From contig OZ219802.1 in NCBI GenBank assembly GCA_964291655.2, positions 1,824,001-1,888,000 on the forward strand: a DNA stretch of 64,000 nt, given 5' to 3'. The translations under genes were made by a program, and so were the position numbers. The notes under the pieces were generated by a model. That model was not told the origin of the DNA, made no database searches, and saw only the letters and a program-made list of their open reading frames with translations. Origin of the DNA: Chloroflexota bacterium (GTDB lineage Bacteria > Chloroflexota > UBA11872 > VXOZ01). Every line of letters begins with the position of its first letter. Position 1 is the stretch's first letter. Below, in pieces: positions 10,891-20,364 of this stretch.

Positions 10891-11136
10891 TCCGCCCATA
10901 CCGCATGCGCACCGTCAGCAGCGGGGGACAAGCCCCCGCGCTACGCTAATGTCTATTTTCATAGCAATGACGAGTGGCCCTGAATCATGAACACAATGAC
11001 TTTGAAAAGACCCTGCGTGCGTTCGCGTTGATTGACGGACGATTGGGCAACTCTCGCCAGGCTATGCTCGTCTAACTATTGGAATTCGCCTGTCATCTGC
11101 GAAAGTCACCAAGCCCGTCTATACGCAGCGTGCGTT

Positions 11137-11733
11137 CTACTTCCTGGCGCCGGGCAAGGATAGACCCAAACGCGTGCCGCCGTATACCAGACCGACGGCG
11201 ACGATTGCCTTGGCAATGTCGATCAAGACAAACGGCTCCACACCATTGCGGTACGCGAGCATCCACGGGCTCGCTTCGTCTCTCACCAAGAAGTACCACT
11301 GCGATAGATGGTACCAGCCGAGAACATAGATGACGGCGATTCCTGCCAGTGCCGCTATGATAGACCAACGCTGCCCCAGCCAAAGCGCCAGTATCCCGAC
11401 AAGCGGAGCGGCAACGAGAAAGCCCCAAATGTATCCGCCGGTAGGCCCCAGCAGCCAAGCGATGCCGGAACCGCCGCCGGAAAAGACCGGCAAGCCGATA
11501 ATGCCGGCGGCAATATACTCGGACAGGGCGAGGAACGATTGTCGCGGGGTGAGGCTCAGACCGATGAGCAAGACCACCAAGACCTGTAGCGTAATGGGCA
11601 CCGGCGTAAACCACAGGTGGAACTCCGCCCGCGCCGCAACGGCTACCAGCGCCGCCGCAAACGTCGCCAAGGCGACCGCCATGAGCGCACTACGCGCAGT
11701 CTCGCCGGACAATATCGTCTCTCGTGCCGTCAT
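11137..11733 (-). CDS. bioY: Biotin transporter BioY
   Basis: PVPITLQ, GLPVFSGG, GPTGGYIWGF motifs; adjacent to accB. Confidence 0.93.
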   Translation of the reverse strand: MTARETILSGETARSALMAVALATFAAALVAVAARAEFHLWFTPVPITLQVLVVLLIGLSLTPRQSFLALSEYIAAGIIGLPVFSGGGSGIAWLLGPTGGYIWGFLVAAPLVGILALWLGQRWSIIAALAGIAVIYVLGWYHLSQWYFLVRDEASPWMLAYRNGVEPFVLIDIAKAIVAVGLVYGGTRLGLSLPGARK

Positions 11734-11995
11734 CCTCTCATCTCCTTCATTGCAGATTGACCACGTTCTCCGGGCACACCAATGACGATATGCCAACTCG
11801 TCTTCCTGCTGTCCCTCTTGCTCCAACTAAACGAATTCTCAAATTCAATGTATGGTGGGAACTCACTTTGGAGGCTCTGTATTCTTCCTTGGGAGCGGGG
11901 GACAAGCCCCCGCGCTACAAATTGCCAAAACTCCAAGCAATGGACAGGCACTACGCTATGCCTGGTCCAATTCCCACCGGAGACAAGCTCCCGCT

Positions 11996-12472
11996 CTACG
12001 AACCGTCCGCACCTGCACCTTCCGTATCTAACGCGATGAGGTCTTGTCCGCTCTCCACCATGTCGCCGGACTCTACGAGTAACGCCGTCACGTGGCCGGT
12101 CTCTTCCGCGTGTATCTCGTTGAAGACTTTCATTGCTTCAATAATGGCAACCACCTGACCGCTCTCAACGCGGTCGCCTATTTGCACAAAAGGATCGGCT
12201 TCAGGGCTTGACCGGTCGTAATAAATGCCATTCAGTGGCGCCTGAACAGCGGTCCGCAGTGCCGGTTCCTTGCTGGGTGCGCGTGACTCTGCCACCGGGG
12301 CCTGGGAGACGACGCCGGGTCGGCGGCGCAGAAGTACTGCCGTTTCGCCGAAGCGAATCTCTACCTCACTAATTGCTGTGCCCTGCAGGGCGAGAATGAG
12401 TTCGTGCACATCATCCAACCATGCGGCGCTCTCGTCGTCTTTCGTAGCGTCAGACTGCTGCGGCGATTCCAC
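11996..12472 (-). CDS. accB: Acetyl-CoA carboxylase biotin carboxyl carrier protein
   Basis: EAMKVFNEI biotinylation motif. Confidence 0.95.
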   Translation of the reverse strand: MESPQQSDATKDDESAAWLDDVHELILALQGTAISEVEIRFGETAVLLRRRPGVVSQAPVAESRAPSKEPALRTAVQAPLNGIYYDRSSPEADPFVQIGDRVESGQVVAIIEAMKVFNEIHAEETGHVTALLVESGDMVESGQDLIALDTEGAGADGS

Positions 12473-12484
12473 CGTTCTTAACCC

Positions 12485-13729
12485 CTAGGTTTCGTAACGA
12501 GTAAAGATGAGGCTGGCGTTGTGACCGCCAAAGCCAAAGCTATTGTTCATAGCCGCGTGGACTTCCGCCCGGCGCGCGCTCTGGGGCACATAGTCCAGAT
12601 CGCAATCGGGATCGGGTTGTTCATAGTTGATCGTGGGCGGGATCAGGTTATCTTCAATTGCTTTCAAACAAAAGACAGATTCCACGCCGCCCGCGCCGCC
12701 GAGCAGATGGCCGGTCATGGACTTGGTGGAACTCACGGCGAGGGTTCCGGCGTGCTCGCCAAACGTCGCCTTGATTGCCTGGGTCTCCGCCCGGTCGTTG
12801 AGCGGCGTGGAGGTGCCGTGGGCATTGATGTATTGTACGTCTTCCGGCTTGAGCCGCGCTTGCTCCAGCGCGCTCCGCATGGCGCGGGCAGCGCCTTCGC
12901 CGTCTTCCGGCGGGGCGGTGATGTGGCTGGCGTCCGCAGTTGCGCCGTAGCCTGCGACCTCACCGTAGATGCGCGCGCCGCGCTCCAACGCGTGCGCCAG
13001 GCTTTCCAGCACGAGGACTCCCGCGCCTTCGCCAACTACGAAGCCATCGCGCTGCTTCTCAAAAGGGCGTGAGGCAGCCGCCGGAGCATCATTTCGTGTG
13101 GAAAGCGCGCGCATGGCGGCAAAACCGGCAATCGTCATAGGGGTCACTGCGGCCTCGCTGCTGCCGCAAAACATCACGTCAGCGTCGCCGCGCCGGATGG
13201 CTGCCGCGCCCTCGCCCACGGCATGCGCGCCGGTGGCGCAGGCCGAGACAACCGCCAGATTCGGCCCGCGTAAGCCAAACCGGATAGAAATCGCTCCTGC
13301 AGCCGTATCAGTGAGCAACATGGGAATGAGAAACGGGCTTAAGCGGCTGGGCCCCCGCGCGGCCATCACCGCGAATTGCGACTCCAGCGACTCTATCCCG
13401 CCAATGCCGGAGCCGACAAAGACACCGATCCGGTCGGCATTCTGCGCGGTAATTGCAAGAGCCGAGTCGTCCATGGCCTGTTGGCCTGCCGCCACCGCGT
13501 ACTGGGTGAAGCGGTCCATCCGCCGCACCTCGCGCGCATCCACATACTGCCGCGCGTCGAACTCCTTGACCTCACCGGCAATCTGGGCCGCGAAGTCGTC
13601 AGGATCGAAGCGGCTGATGCGCACTATCCCTGAAGTACCTGCGCACACAGCGTCCCACGAGTCCGCGACGGTATTCCCCACTGGGGTTACCGTGCCCATG
13701 CCGGTGACGACAACACGTATTCGCGCCAT
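12485..13729 (-). CDS. fabF: 3-oxoacyl-ACP synthase II
   Basis: SACATG active Cys, NAHGTST, STKSMTGHLLG, NSFGFGGHN. Confidence 0.97.
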   Translation of the reverse strand: MARIRVVVTGMGTVTPVGNTVADSWDAVCAGTSGIVRISRFDPDDFAAQIAGEVKEFDARQYVDAREVRRMDRFTQYAVAAGQQAMDDSALAITAQNADRIGVFVGSGIGGIESLESQFAVMAARGPSRLSPFLIPMLLTDTAAGAISIRFGLRGPNLAVVSACATGAHAVGEGAAAIRRGDADVMFCGSSEAAVTPMTIAGFAAMRALSTRNDAPAAASRPFEKQRDGFVVGEGAGVLVLESLAHALERGARIYGEVAGYGATADASHITAPPEDGEGAARAMRSALEQARLKPEDVQYINAHGTSTPLNDRAETQAIKATFGEHAGTLAVSSTKSMTGHLLGGAGGVESVFCLKAIEDNLIPPTINYEQPDPDCDLDYVPQSARRAEVHAAMNNSFGFGGHNASLIFTRYET

Positions 13730-13842
13730 TTCCGCAATCCTCGTTGTGAAACGTCACTACGAATGCAGGGACGGGTTTGGCAGAGTCTTTGAGAGCCGGC
13801 TCTTTGTGGTCCCTACGAAGCGGCATACCAGCCCGTCATTCC

Positions 13843-14095
13843 TGTAAGTGTTGACTAATTCGTTGACAGAATCTTCTATTCACTGGAAAGCATCGACCGT
13901 GCATGTCATTCCGAGCGCAGCGAGGAATCTAGGGTTCACGTCGAGCGTGTTTGTTAGGATCAGCATCTTAGATTCCGCGCTCAGAGCGACACTGCGCTGC
14001 GCTTCGTTCGGAATGACATGTGTGTGGGGCATGCAGGGCGAATAGTCTTCACGTTCCTAACATCAAATCTGTCAACGAATTACCTGACATTTGCA
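13843..14095. mobile_element. 253-bp TG...CA MITE inserted in a CGTC-type repeat, copy 1
   Basis: Imperfect TIRs containing TAATTCGTTGACAGA/TCTGTCAACGAATTA; ATTCC duplication at 13838-13842 and 14096-14100. Confidence 0.8.
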
Positions 14096-14486
14096 ATTCC
14101 CGCGAAAGCACGCCCCCGCACGGGGGCGCGGAATCCATCCCCTCCGCACTAGTGCACACTGCCTGGAGGGGGACAATCCCTCCCGCTGCATATCAGATTC
14201 TTCCCCGTGTTTCGCACGGGGCCGCTGCCCGCTCGGAATGACTTGAAACGTCAACATTGCTTCTTCTATGGAAAGCGAGACACCGTGCGCCCCGTAGATG
14301 AGACTACACTACAAAGTTGGCGAATTCAACGCGGCGCGTCCCGTCCACCCTTCGACAGGCTCAGGGCGAACGGGAGACTTGGCCGCAAGCTCAGGGTGGA
14401 CGGTGCGCACTGTCAAGAGACAAGATGGACGAAATGCGCAGAGGGTCAACATTCTTCGCTTGCGACACTTCTGTCGGCGGGCCAGT

Positions 14487-15605
14487 TCACGCGCCTAGGA
14501 AACGGCTCGCCAGCCACGGCGCCAGATCGAGCTCGGTCTTGCCTTCCATGATCCACTTGGCGTTGTACTCGCCGAGGGCCACGGAGAACTTGAAGCCACG
14601 GCCGCTCCACCCACAATCGAGGAACAGGTTTTCGTAGCCGGCAATGTAGCCCAAGAGGGGTTTTAGGTCGGGCGTGTCATCATAGCAGGTCTGATACGCG
14701 CCCTGAAAACGGCCGCGCTTCATCTTGGGCAGCCGCCGCTCGATCACTTCCGTCGTCCAATCCACCATCCATTGCGGCGGCACGGCGTTGGTGGGGTCCG
14801 GTTCAATCTTGACCAGCGGATCGCGCCGGTCGCACAAGACGCGAAAGTGCTTATTGTGCCAGGGAATAATGGCAAGGTCCACGCTGAACACCGGCGGCCG
14901 GTCGTAGAAGTCGGGCGGCTGGCGGTAGAACGACACACCGACTTGCGAGGGTTGAATGGGCAGGCGCAAGCCGGCGGAGCGCGCCACTTTGTGGCTCCAC
15001 GGCCCGCAGGCGAGCACGACTTTGCCCGGCACGATTGAGCCGCCGGGCGTTTCCAGCCGCTCGATGCGCCCGTGCTTGGCGTGGATGTGGGTCACCGGCG
15101 TGAATTCGCGAATTTCCGCGCCGTACGCCCGCGCGCCCGCCACGAACGACTGCATGGTGCGGTAGGCGTCCACGTTGCCCGTCTCGCCATAGAGGAGCGC
15201 CGCGCCCGCCCCCTCCACGTTGGCTTCCGGGTAGAAGTCCTTGGCTTCGTCGAGCGTGAGTGCGCGGGCCGCGGAGCCGTTCTTTCTCGCCCTCGCGGCA
15301 GCGCTTTCGGCTGATTCCATCGAGTCGAAGAGATTCAAGATGCCATATTTAAAAAAACCGCAGTCGCCGCCAATGACGTCGGCAAAGTTGTCGTAAATAT
15401 CGCGGGCGCGTACTGCCAGCTTGGCGATGGTATCGGTCATTTCGGCCTGCTGCCCGCACATGGCGCCGGACATGGAACTTGTGCCGGAGCCAATCGTCTT
15501 CCGTTCGCAGAGCACCACCTTGCCCGCGCCGGCTTTCGCGAGATGATACGTGATCGTGGTGCCGACGATCCCACCGCCAATTACAACGACATCTGCGGTT
15601 TCCAT
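14487..15605 (-). CDS. FAD-dependent oxidoreductase (DAO/sarcosine oxidase-like)
   Basis: IGGGIVG Rossmann motif, TPDLKPLLG, GWSGRGFKFS. Confidence 0.88.
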   Translation of the reverse strand: METADVVVIGGGIVGTTITYHLAKAGAGKVVLCERKTIGSGTSSMSGAMCGQQAEMTDTIAKLAVRARDIYDNFADVIGGDCGFFKYGILNLFDSMESAESAAARARKNGSAARALTLDEAKDFYPEANVEGAGAALLYGETGNVDAYRTMQSFVAGARAYGAEIREFTPVTHIHAKHGRIERLETPGGSIVPGKVVLACGPWSHKVARSAGLRLPIQPSQVGVSFYRQPPDFYDRPPVFSVDLAIIPWHNKHFRVLCDRRDPLVKIEPDPTNAVPPQWMVDWTTEVIERRLPKMKRGRFQGAYQTCYDDTPDLKPLLGYIAGYENLFLDCGWSGRGFKFSVALGEYNAKWIMEGKTELDLAPWLASRFLGA

Positions 15606-15800
15606 AGAGTCTCCACTCTCTCCTCGTACTCAGCAGGATAACGCCTGCTTAGTTTGGTGCGAAGTATTGCCACTATTCTAGACGCAACGCGGTCGAGCCG
15701 TACACTATTTGGCCTTGGGGCGTTTGTCGTGGGGAAGTGCCGCTGTACGCGTGAATCGGATTGCGGTGGATGTGCCGGACTGCGTACCGTGCTTGGATTC

Positions 15801-16709
15801 TCAGTTGTTTAGGTGGTCCGCTATTTCGCGGTTGGTCGTCGCCCAGCAGCCGCCGGGTTTGTCCAACGCGTGGCGTAACACGGCATCTACCATGTCGCAA
15901 TGCGGGTCGCGCGCGGCGATATCCGACGGATGGCAGCACAGGCTGAAGATCTGCTTGTGCTCGTGGGCGTGGTCCACGCCGGCCTTGATGAGATCGATGA
16001 ATTCCCAGCGGTCCAGGTCCATGTGCCGGAAGGCCCAGATGGACGTAATACCCATCAGCGGGATCTCCAGCAGGCCGTTAAGATAGCGGTACGGTTGCAG
16101 CTTGTTGAGACTGGTGCCAAATGCCGCTTCCAGCTCCGCCGTGGGGTGGTGCCGCACAGTGTTGTCTACGGGATAGTGGTAATTGGCCGAGGCAAAGCGG
16201 AAGCCCTCGTCCCGCAGCACGTCTTGCACGTCCGGCACGTCGTCGAGCCCGCCGTCGAACCCGCCCGGCGTGCGGAAGCCCTGGGGCCTTTCACCCAGCT
16301 TGGCTTCAATTGCGTCACTTGTCTGCCGGATTTCCTGCCGGATGACTTCCAGTGGCGTGAGGCCCTCGGCGCGCCAGGGGGCGTTGGCATAGACCTCCTG
16401 CAAACCATCAATCGTCTTGGCCTTTACATTCACATGGGTGTAGGTGTGGTTGTCGATGGCATGCCCGTCGTCGACGAGCTGCTTCAAGTAGTCGATGTCC
16501 GGGTCTTCCAACGCGCTGCCTACCAGGAAGAACTGCAACTTGACCCCGTAGCTCTTCGCTATCTCGCTCATCCTGCGCAAATAGAGCTTGGTGCCCTCGT
16601 CTATTTCACCTTTGCGATGGTTCCACCGGGAGGTCCAATAAGGGAAATTGGGCGTCATTTCGATGTCGAACGTGAGGCTGAGGGAGAATTCGGCGCCGTT
16701 TGGGAACAT
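15801..16709 (-). CDS. Polysaccharide deacetylase family protein
   Basis: LTFDIE, NHTYTH, GFRTPGG NodB-like motifs; paralog of next gene. Confidence 0.82.
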   Translation of the reverse strand: MFPNGAEFSLSLTFDIEMTPNFPYWTSRWNHRKGEIDEGTKLYLRRMSEIAKSYGVKLQFFLVGSALEDPDIDYLKQLVDDGHAIDNHTYTHVNVKAKTIDGLQEVYANAPWRAEGLTPLEVIRQEIRQTSDAIEAKLGERPQGFRTPGGFDGGLDDVPDVQDVLRDEGFRFASANYHYPVDNTVRHHPTAELEAAFGTSLNKLQPYRYLNGLLEIPLMGITSIWAFRHMDLDRWEFIDLIKAGVDHAHEHKQIFSLCCHPSDIAARDPHCDMVDAVLRHALDKPGGCWATTNREIADHLNN

Positions 16710-16949
16710 GTGTGCGTCCTTTTGTCTTGCTATGCTCGAGCGGATTGATCTTCCGAGATTTTCGCGTCGCTGTCCATCATGCGTAGCTGCGAATGTTGCC
16801 CATAACGAATTTAAGACATGCCGCCCAAGAGCGGGGGACAAGCCCCCGCGCTACAGCCGGTCTAAGAGTGTGGGTAATGCCTCCGCGCTACGGTCGGCCA
16901 ACGACACATGAGCTTGTTCCGTACGCGCAGGTGTGTTGAGCCCAAGTAC

Positions 16950-17858
16950 TTAGTTCAGTGTGTGGGCAACCATCTCCTGGTTCGTCGTGACCCAGCAGCC
17001 GCCGGATTTTTCCATAGCGTAGCGCAATACGATGTCGAGCATGTCGCAGTGCGGATCGCGCACGGCGAGCACCGGCGGATGGAAGCAGAGGCTCAGTACC
17101 TGACGGTTAGCGTGGGCGTGGTCGATGCCGCGCTTGAGCACGTCGATGAATTCCCAGCGGTCGATATCCAGCACGCGAAACGCCCAGATGTCCGTGATGC
17201 CCGCCAGAGGCAGTTCCGGCAGCCCGTTGGGGTAGCGGGAGGGCTGGAGCGCGTCGATGCTTGCCTCCATCGCCTGATTGAGGACTTCCGCAGCAGGACG
17301 CTTCTTCTCCGTATCGACCGGGAAATAGTACCGGGCCGAGGCATACTGCATGCCCGCGTCGCTGAGAACTTTCTGCACGGCGGGCACGTCGTCCAGACCG
17401 TTGTTGAACCCGCCGGGCGTGCGGAAGCCGGTGGGGGCGACGCCGAGTTTCTCGGTGATGGCCGTGGAGGTTTGCCGCACTTCGCGCTCAATACACTCCA
17501 GAGCATTGAGGCCGGCGGCCCGCCACGGCGCATTAGCGTACACGGGCTGGAGCTGCGGAATGTCCTGAGCTTTCACGGAGACGTGGTTATACGTGTGGTT
17601 GTCCACGGCATGACCTTCGGCCGTCATGCGCTTCAGGTAGTCGATATCCGGGTCTTCCAGCGCCTTGCCCACGAGGAAGAACTGAAACTTCACCCCGTAC
17701 TTGTCCGCGACGTCCAGCATCTTGCCCATATAGAGCTTGCTGTCCTCGTCGATGGCGCCCTTGCGATGGTCCCAGACTGACGTCCAGTACGGGAAATTGC
17801 TGCACATTTCGATATCAAACGTCAGGCTTAGGCCGAAATCCGCTCCATTTGGGTACAT
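16950..17858 (-). CDS. Polysaccharide deacetylase family protein
   Basis: LTFDIE, NHTYNH, GFRTPGG motifs. Confidence 0.82.
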   Translation of the reverse strand: MYPNGADFGLSLTFDIEMCSNFPYWTSVWDHRKGAIDEDSKLYMGKMLDVADKYGVKFQFFLVGKALEDPDIDYLKRMTAEGHAVDNHTYNHVSVKAQDIPQLQPVYANAPWRAAGLNALECIEREVRQTSTAITEKLGVAPTGFRTPGGFNNGLDDVPAVQKVLSDAGMQYASARYYFPVDTEKKRPAAEVLNQAMEASIDALQPSRYPNGLPELPLAGITDIWAFRVLDIDRWEFIDVLKRGIDHAHANRQVLSLCFHPPVLAVRDPHCDMLDIVLRYAMEKSGGCWVTTNQEMVAHTLN

Positions 17859-18095
17859 CCATCTTCTCCTATGCTACGTGGAAATGCGCCCGGTGAATGC
17901 GGTGACTCAATGCTCTCACGCATTTCTTGCCGCCGCCCCGGTAACCGTTAGTGCGCTTGGGGAGGCAGTAATGCAGAAGGCCAGCAAGGAGCTTTATCAT
18001 GGGAGCCTTCGCGGCGAGAACAGCCTTAGTATGCTCCAGCAGAGCTTTCTACGGCAAATAGCGCTGCGCCCGTCTGTAGCAGCGAATAAGGGAAG

Positions 18096-18356
18096 CTACC
18101 GCGACTCAAGGATGAACTTGATCGCCGTGCGCTCGCCATTCTCCACCGTCACCTCGATGAAGGCTGGAATGCAAATGAGGTCGATTCCGCTGGGCGCCAA
18201 GTAGCCTCGCGCAATCACAATGGACTTGACGGCCTGATTTACTGCTCCCGCGCCAATCGCCTGGACCTCGGCCCGTCCGGATTCGCGAACCACGCCTGCA
18301 ATTGCGCCGGCCACAGCCGTCGGCTTGGACTGTGAAGCTACCTTCAGAATCTCCAT
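18096..18356 (-). CDS. spoVS: Stage V sporulation protein S family protein
   Basis: MEILKVASQSKPTAVAGAIAG...QAIGAGAVNQAVK; usual position downstream of rny. Confidence 0.95.
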   Translation of the reverse strand: MEILKVASQSKPTAVAGAIAGVVRESGRAEVQAIGAGAVNQAVKSIVIARGYLAPSGIDLICIPAFIEVTVENGERTAIKFILESR

Positions 18357-18541
18357 TTGCTCCCCCTCCAGCTCCGATGTTGAGTGCAACGTTAGTCGCT
18401 CAGGTGGGCCAGAGCACGTATTCCTTGAAAACGCCTATACTTTTCTCGCTCGCCTCATGTGCCTCTCTTGCAAGATCTTATGCCGCCGGCGCCAGGCTGC
18501 GCTGCCGTCCGTCCACGGTAGCGTACGCCCAAAATCCTACG

Positions 18542-20071
18542 TTACTTCGCATATCCCACCACCCGTGTTTCGCGAATCAACGTGACTTTCACCTGGCCTG
18601 GGTAATCAAGCGTCTCTTCGATCTGCTTGCAGATGTCGCGCGACAGCCGTACCGCGCCTAATTCGTCAATCTCGTCGGGACGCACCATAATCCGCACTTC
18701 CCGCCCAGCCTGGATTGCGTATGATTTCTCCACACCTGAGAAGGAATTCGCCACGGCTTCAAGCGCCCGCAGGCGCTGCATGTACCGCTCGATCGAATCG
18801 CGCCGCGCGCCGGGCCGCGAAGCAGAAATGGCATCCGCCGCCGATACGACAAATGCTTCTACAGTGCGTGGCTCCTCATCGTTGTGGTGGGCGGCAATGG
18901 CATGGATGATCTTGGGCGACTGATTGTAGCGGCGCGCCATTTCCGCTCCCACCAGCGCATGGGGACCTTCCATATCGGCGTCAACCGCCTTCCCCACGTC
19001 GTGGAGCAGGCCCGCGCGCCGAGCGACATTTACGTCGGCGCCGATTTCCGCCGCCATGCTGGCTGCCAATTGCGCCACTTCAACGCTGTGGGCCAGCACG
19101 TTCTGGCCGTAACTAGAGCGGTAGCGCAGCCGCCCGATGAGGCGAATCAATTCGGCCGGCAGGCCGCGCACCTGCGCCAAGTCGGCTGCCTGCTCGCCTT
19201 CCTCCCAAATTGTATCCTCGATTTCCTTGTCGGCCTTGCCCACCATCTCTTCGATGCGCGCGGGGTGAATGCGCCCATCTTGGATGAGCCGGGTCAGAGC
19301 CAGACGCGCGACTTCCCGCCGGACGGGATCGTGCGCAGACAGTACCACCGCTTCGGGCGTGTCGTCAATGATGAGGTCCACGCCGGTGAGGAGTTCCAAG
19401 GCACGGATGTTACGCCCCTCGCGACCGATGATGCGGCCCTTCATCTCCTCATTGGGCAAGGTAACGACCGAGACCGTCGTTTCGACGGTATGGTCGGCGG
19501 CCAGCCGCTGGATTGCTGTCGCAATCACACGGCGCGCGCTGCGTTCTGAATCCTCACGCGCCGAGGCTTCCAATTGCTTGATCATACGGGTGCACTCTTC
19601 GCGCACCTCTTCTTCGATGCTCTTCGTCAGCACCTCTTTCGCTTCGTCGGCCGTCATCTGGGCGATGCGCTCAAGTTCGCTGATCTGTTTCTGACGCAGC
19701 CCGATTACTGCGTCCCGATCGCGCTCCACCCGTTTCTCAAACTCGCCGACCTTTCTCTCGCGTCGCTCAGCCTGCGTTGTGCGCTGATCTAGCGTTTCTT
19801 CGCGCTGTTGCAGACGGCGCTCGGTGCGGGTAAGGTCCCCGCGCCAACGCCCAATCTCATCTTCCGCTTTGGTCTTAAGCCTGAGCGCTTCATCCTTAGC
19901 TTCTACTTCCAGTCGTTTGCGTGTGGTCTCTGCATCCTCCAAAAGCCTCTGTGCTTCAGCCGCCGCCGCTTGGGTATTGCGATGTTGGATCAATCGTTGT
20001 GTCCAAAAACCGACTACAAAAGCTCCAGGGATTAGGACAAGCAGAGGCACGACAAGCATCCATTGCTCCAT
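18542..20071 (-). CDS. rny: Ribonuclease Y
   Basis: N-terminal TM, coiled coil, KH motif GRIIGREGRN, HD motif LLHDVGK. Confidence 0.97.
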   Translation of the reverse strand: MEQWMLVVPLLVLIPGAFVVGFWTQRLIQHRNTQAAAAEAQRLLEDAETTRKRLEVEAKDEALRLKTKAEDEIGRWRGDLTRTERRLQQREETLDQRTTQAERRERKVGEFEKRVERDRDAVIGLRQKQISELERIAQMTADEAKEVLTKSIEEEVREECTRMIKQLEASAREDSERSARRVIATAIQRLAADHTVETTVSVVTLPNEEMKGRIIGREGRNIRALELLTGVDLIIDDTPEAVVLSAHDPVRREVARLALTRLIQDGRIHPARIEEMVGKADKEIEDTIWEEGEQAADLAQVRGLPAELIRLIGRLRYRSSYGQNVLAHSVEVAQLAASMAAEIGADVNVARRAGLLHDVGKAVDADMEGPHALVGAEMARRYNQSPKIIHAIAAHHNDEEPRTVEAFVVSAADAISASRPGARRDSIERYMQRLRALEAVANSFSGVEKSYAIQAGREVRIMVRPDEIDELGAVRLSRDICKQIEETLDYPGQVKVTLIRETRVVGYAK

Positions 20072-20197
20072 GCCCTTTGCCTACCTCTCCGCGATTCCAT
20101 GCAAGAAAGCGAAACATTTCTAACACCATACGTGGCAATCAAGCCTTTATTTTGGGCAAGGCGTTCACCGCTAGTGCGAACAAATTTACCCACCCTA

Positions 20198-20226
20198 ACG
20201 GTACTAAGTTGCCGTTCCGCTGTCAA
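20198..20226 (-). promoter_or_regulatory. Predicted sigma70 promoter of rny
   Basis: Minus strand TTGACA-17 nt-TACCGT. Confidence 0.6.
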
Positions 20227-20298
20227 CGCACTTGCAACTCTTTGCCCAACGGTGGTTCTTGCGATAGGCAGGCTGAGCACGGCCTTGGCAGAAATGAA

Positions 20299-20330
20299 AG
20301 ACTGGGCGGGTTGTACAACCCGCCCAGTCT
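20299..20330 (-). terminator. Hairpin terminator after solute-binding gene
   Basis: AGACTGGGCGGGTTG-TA-CAACCCGCCCAGTCT stem followed by TTT on minus strand; paralogous hairpin near 21945-21974. Confidence 0.65.
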
Positions 20331-20364
20331 CATTTGCTTTGCTACGCAGCAAAGGAAAGAGCCG

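Noticed and set aside
18096-18356. spoVS as evidence of sporulation
   Set aside because: SpoVS is widespread in non-sporulating bacteria and commonly follows rny
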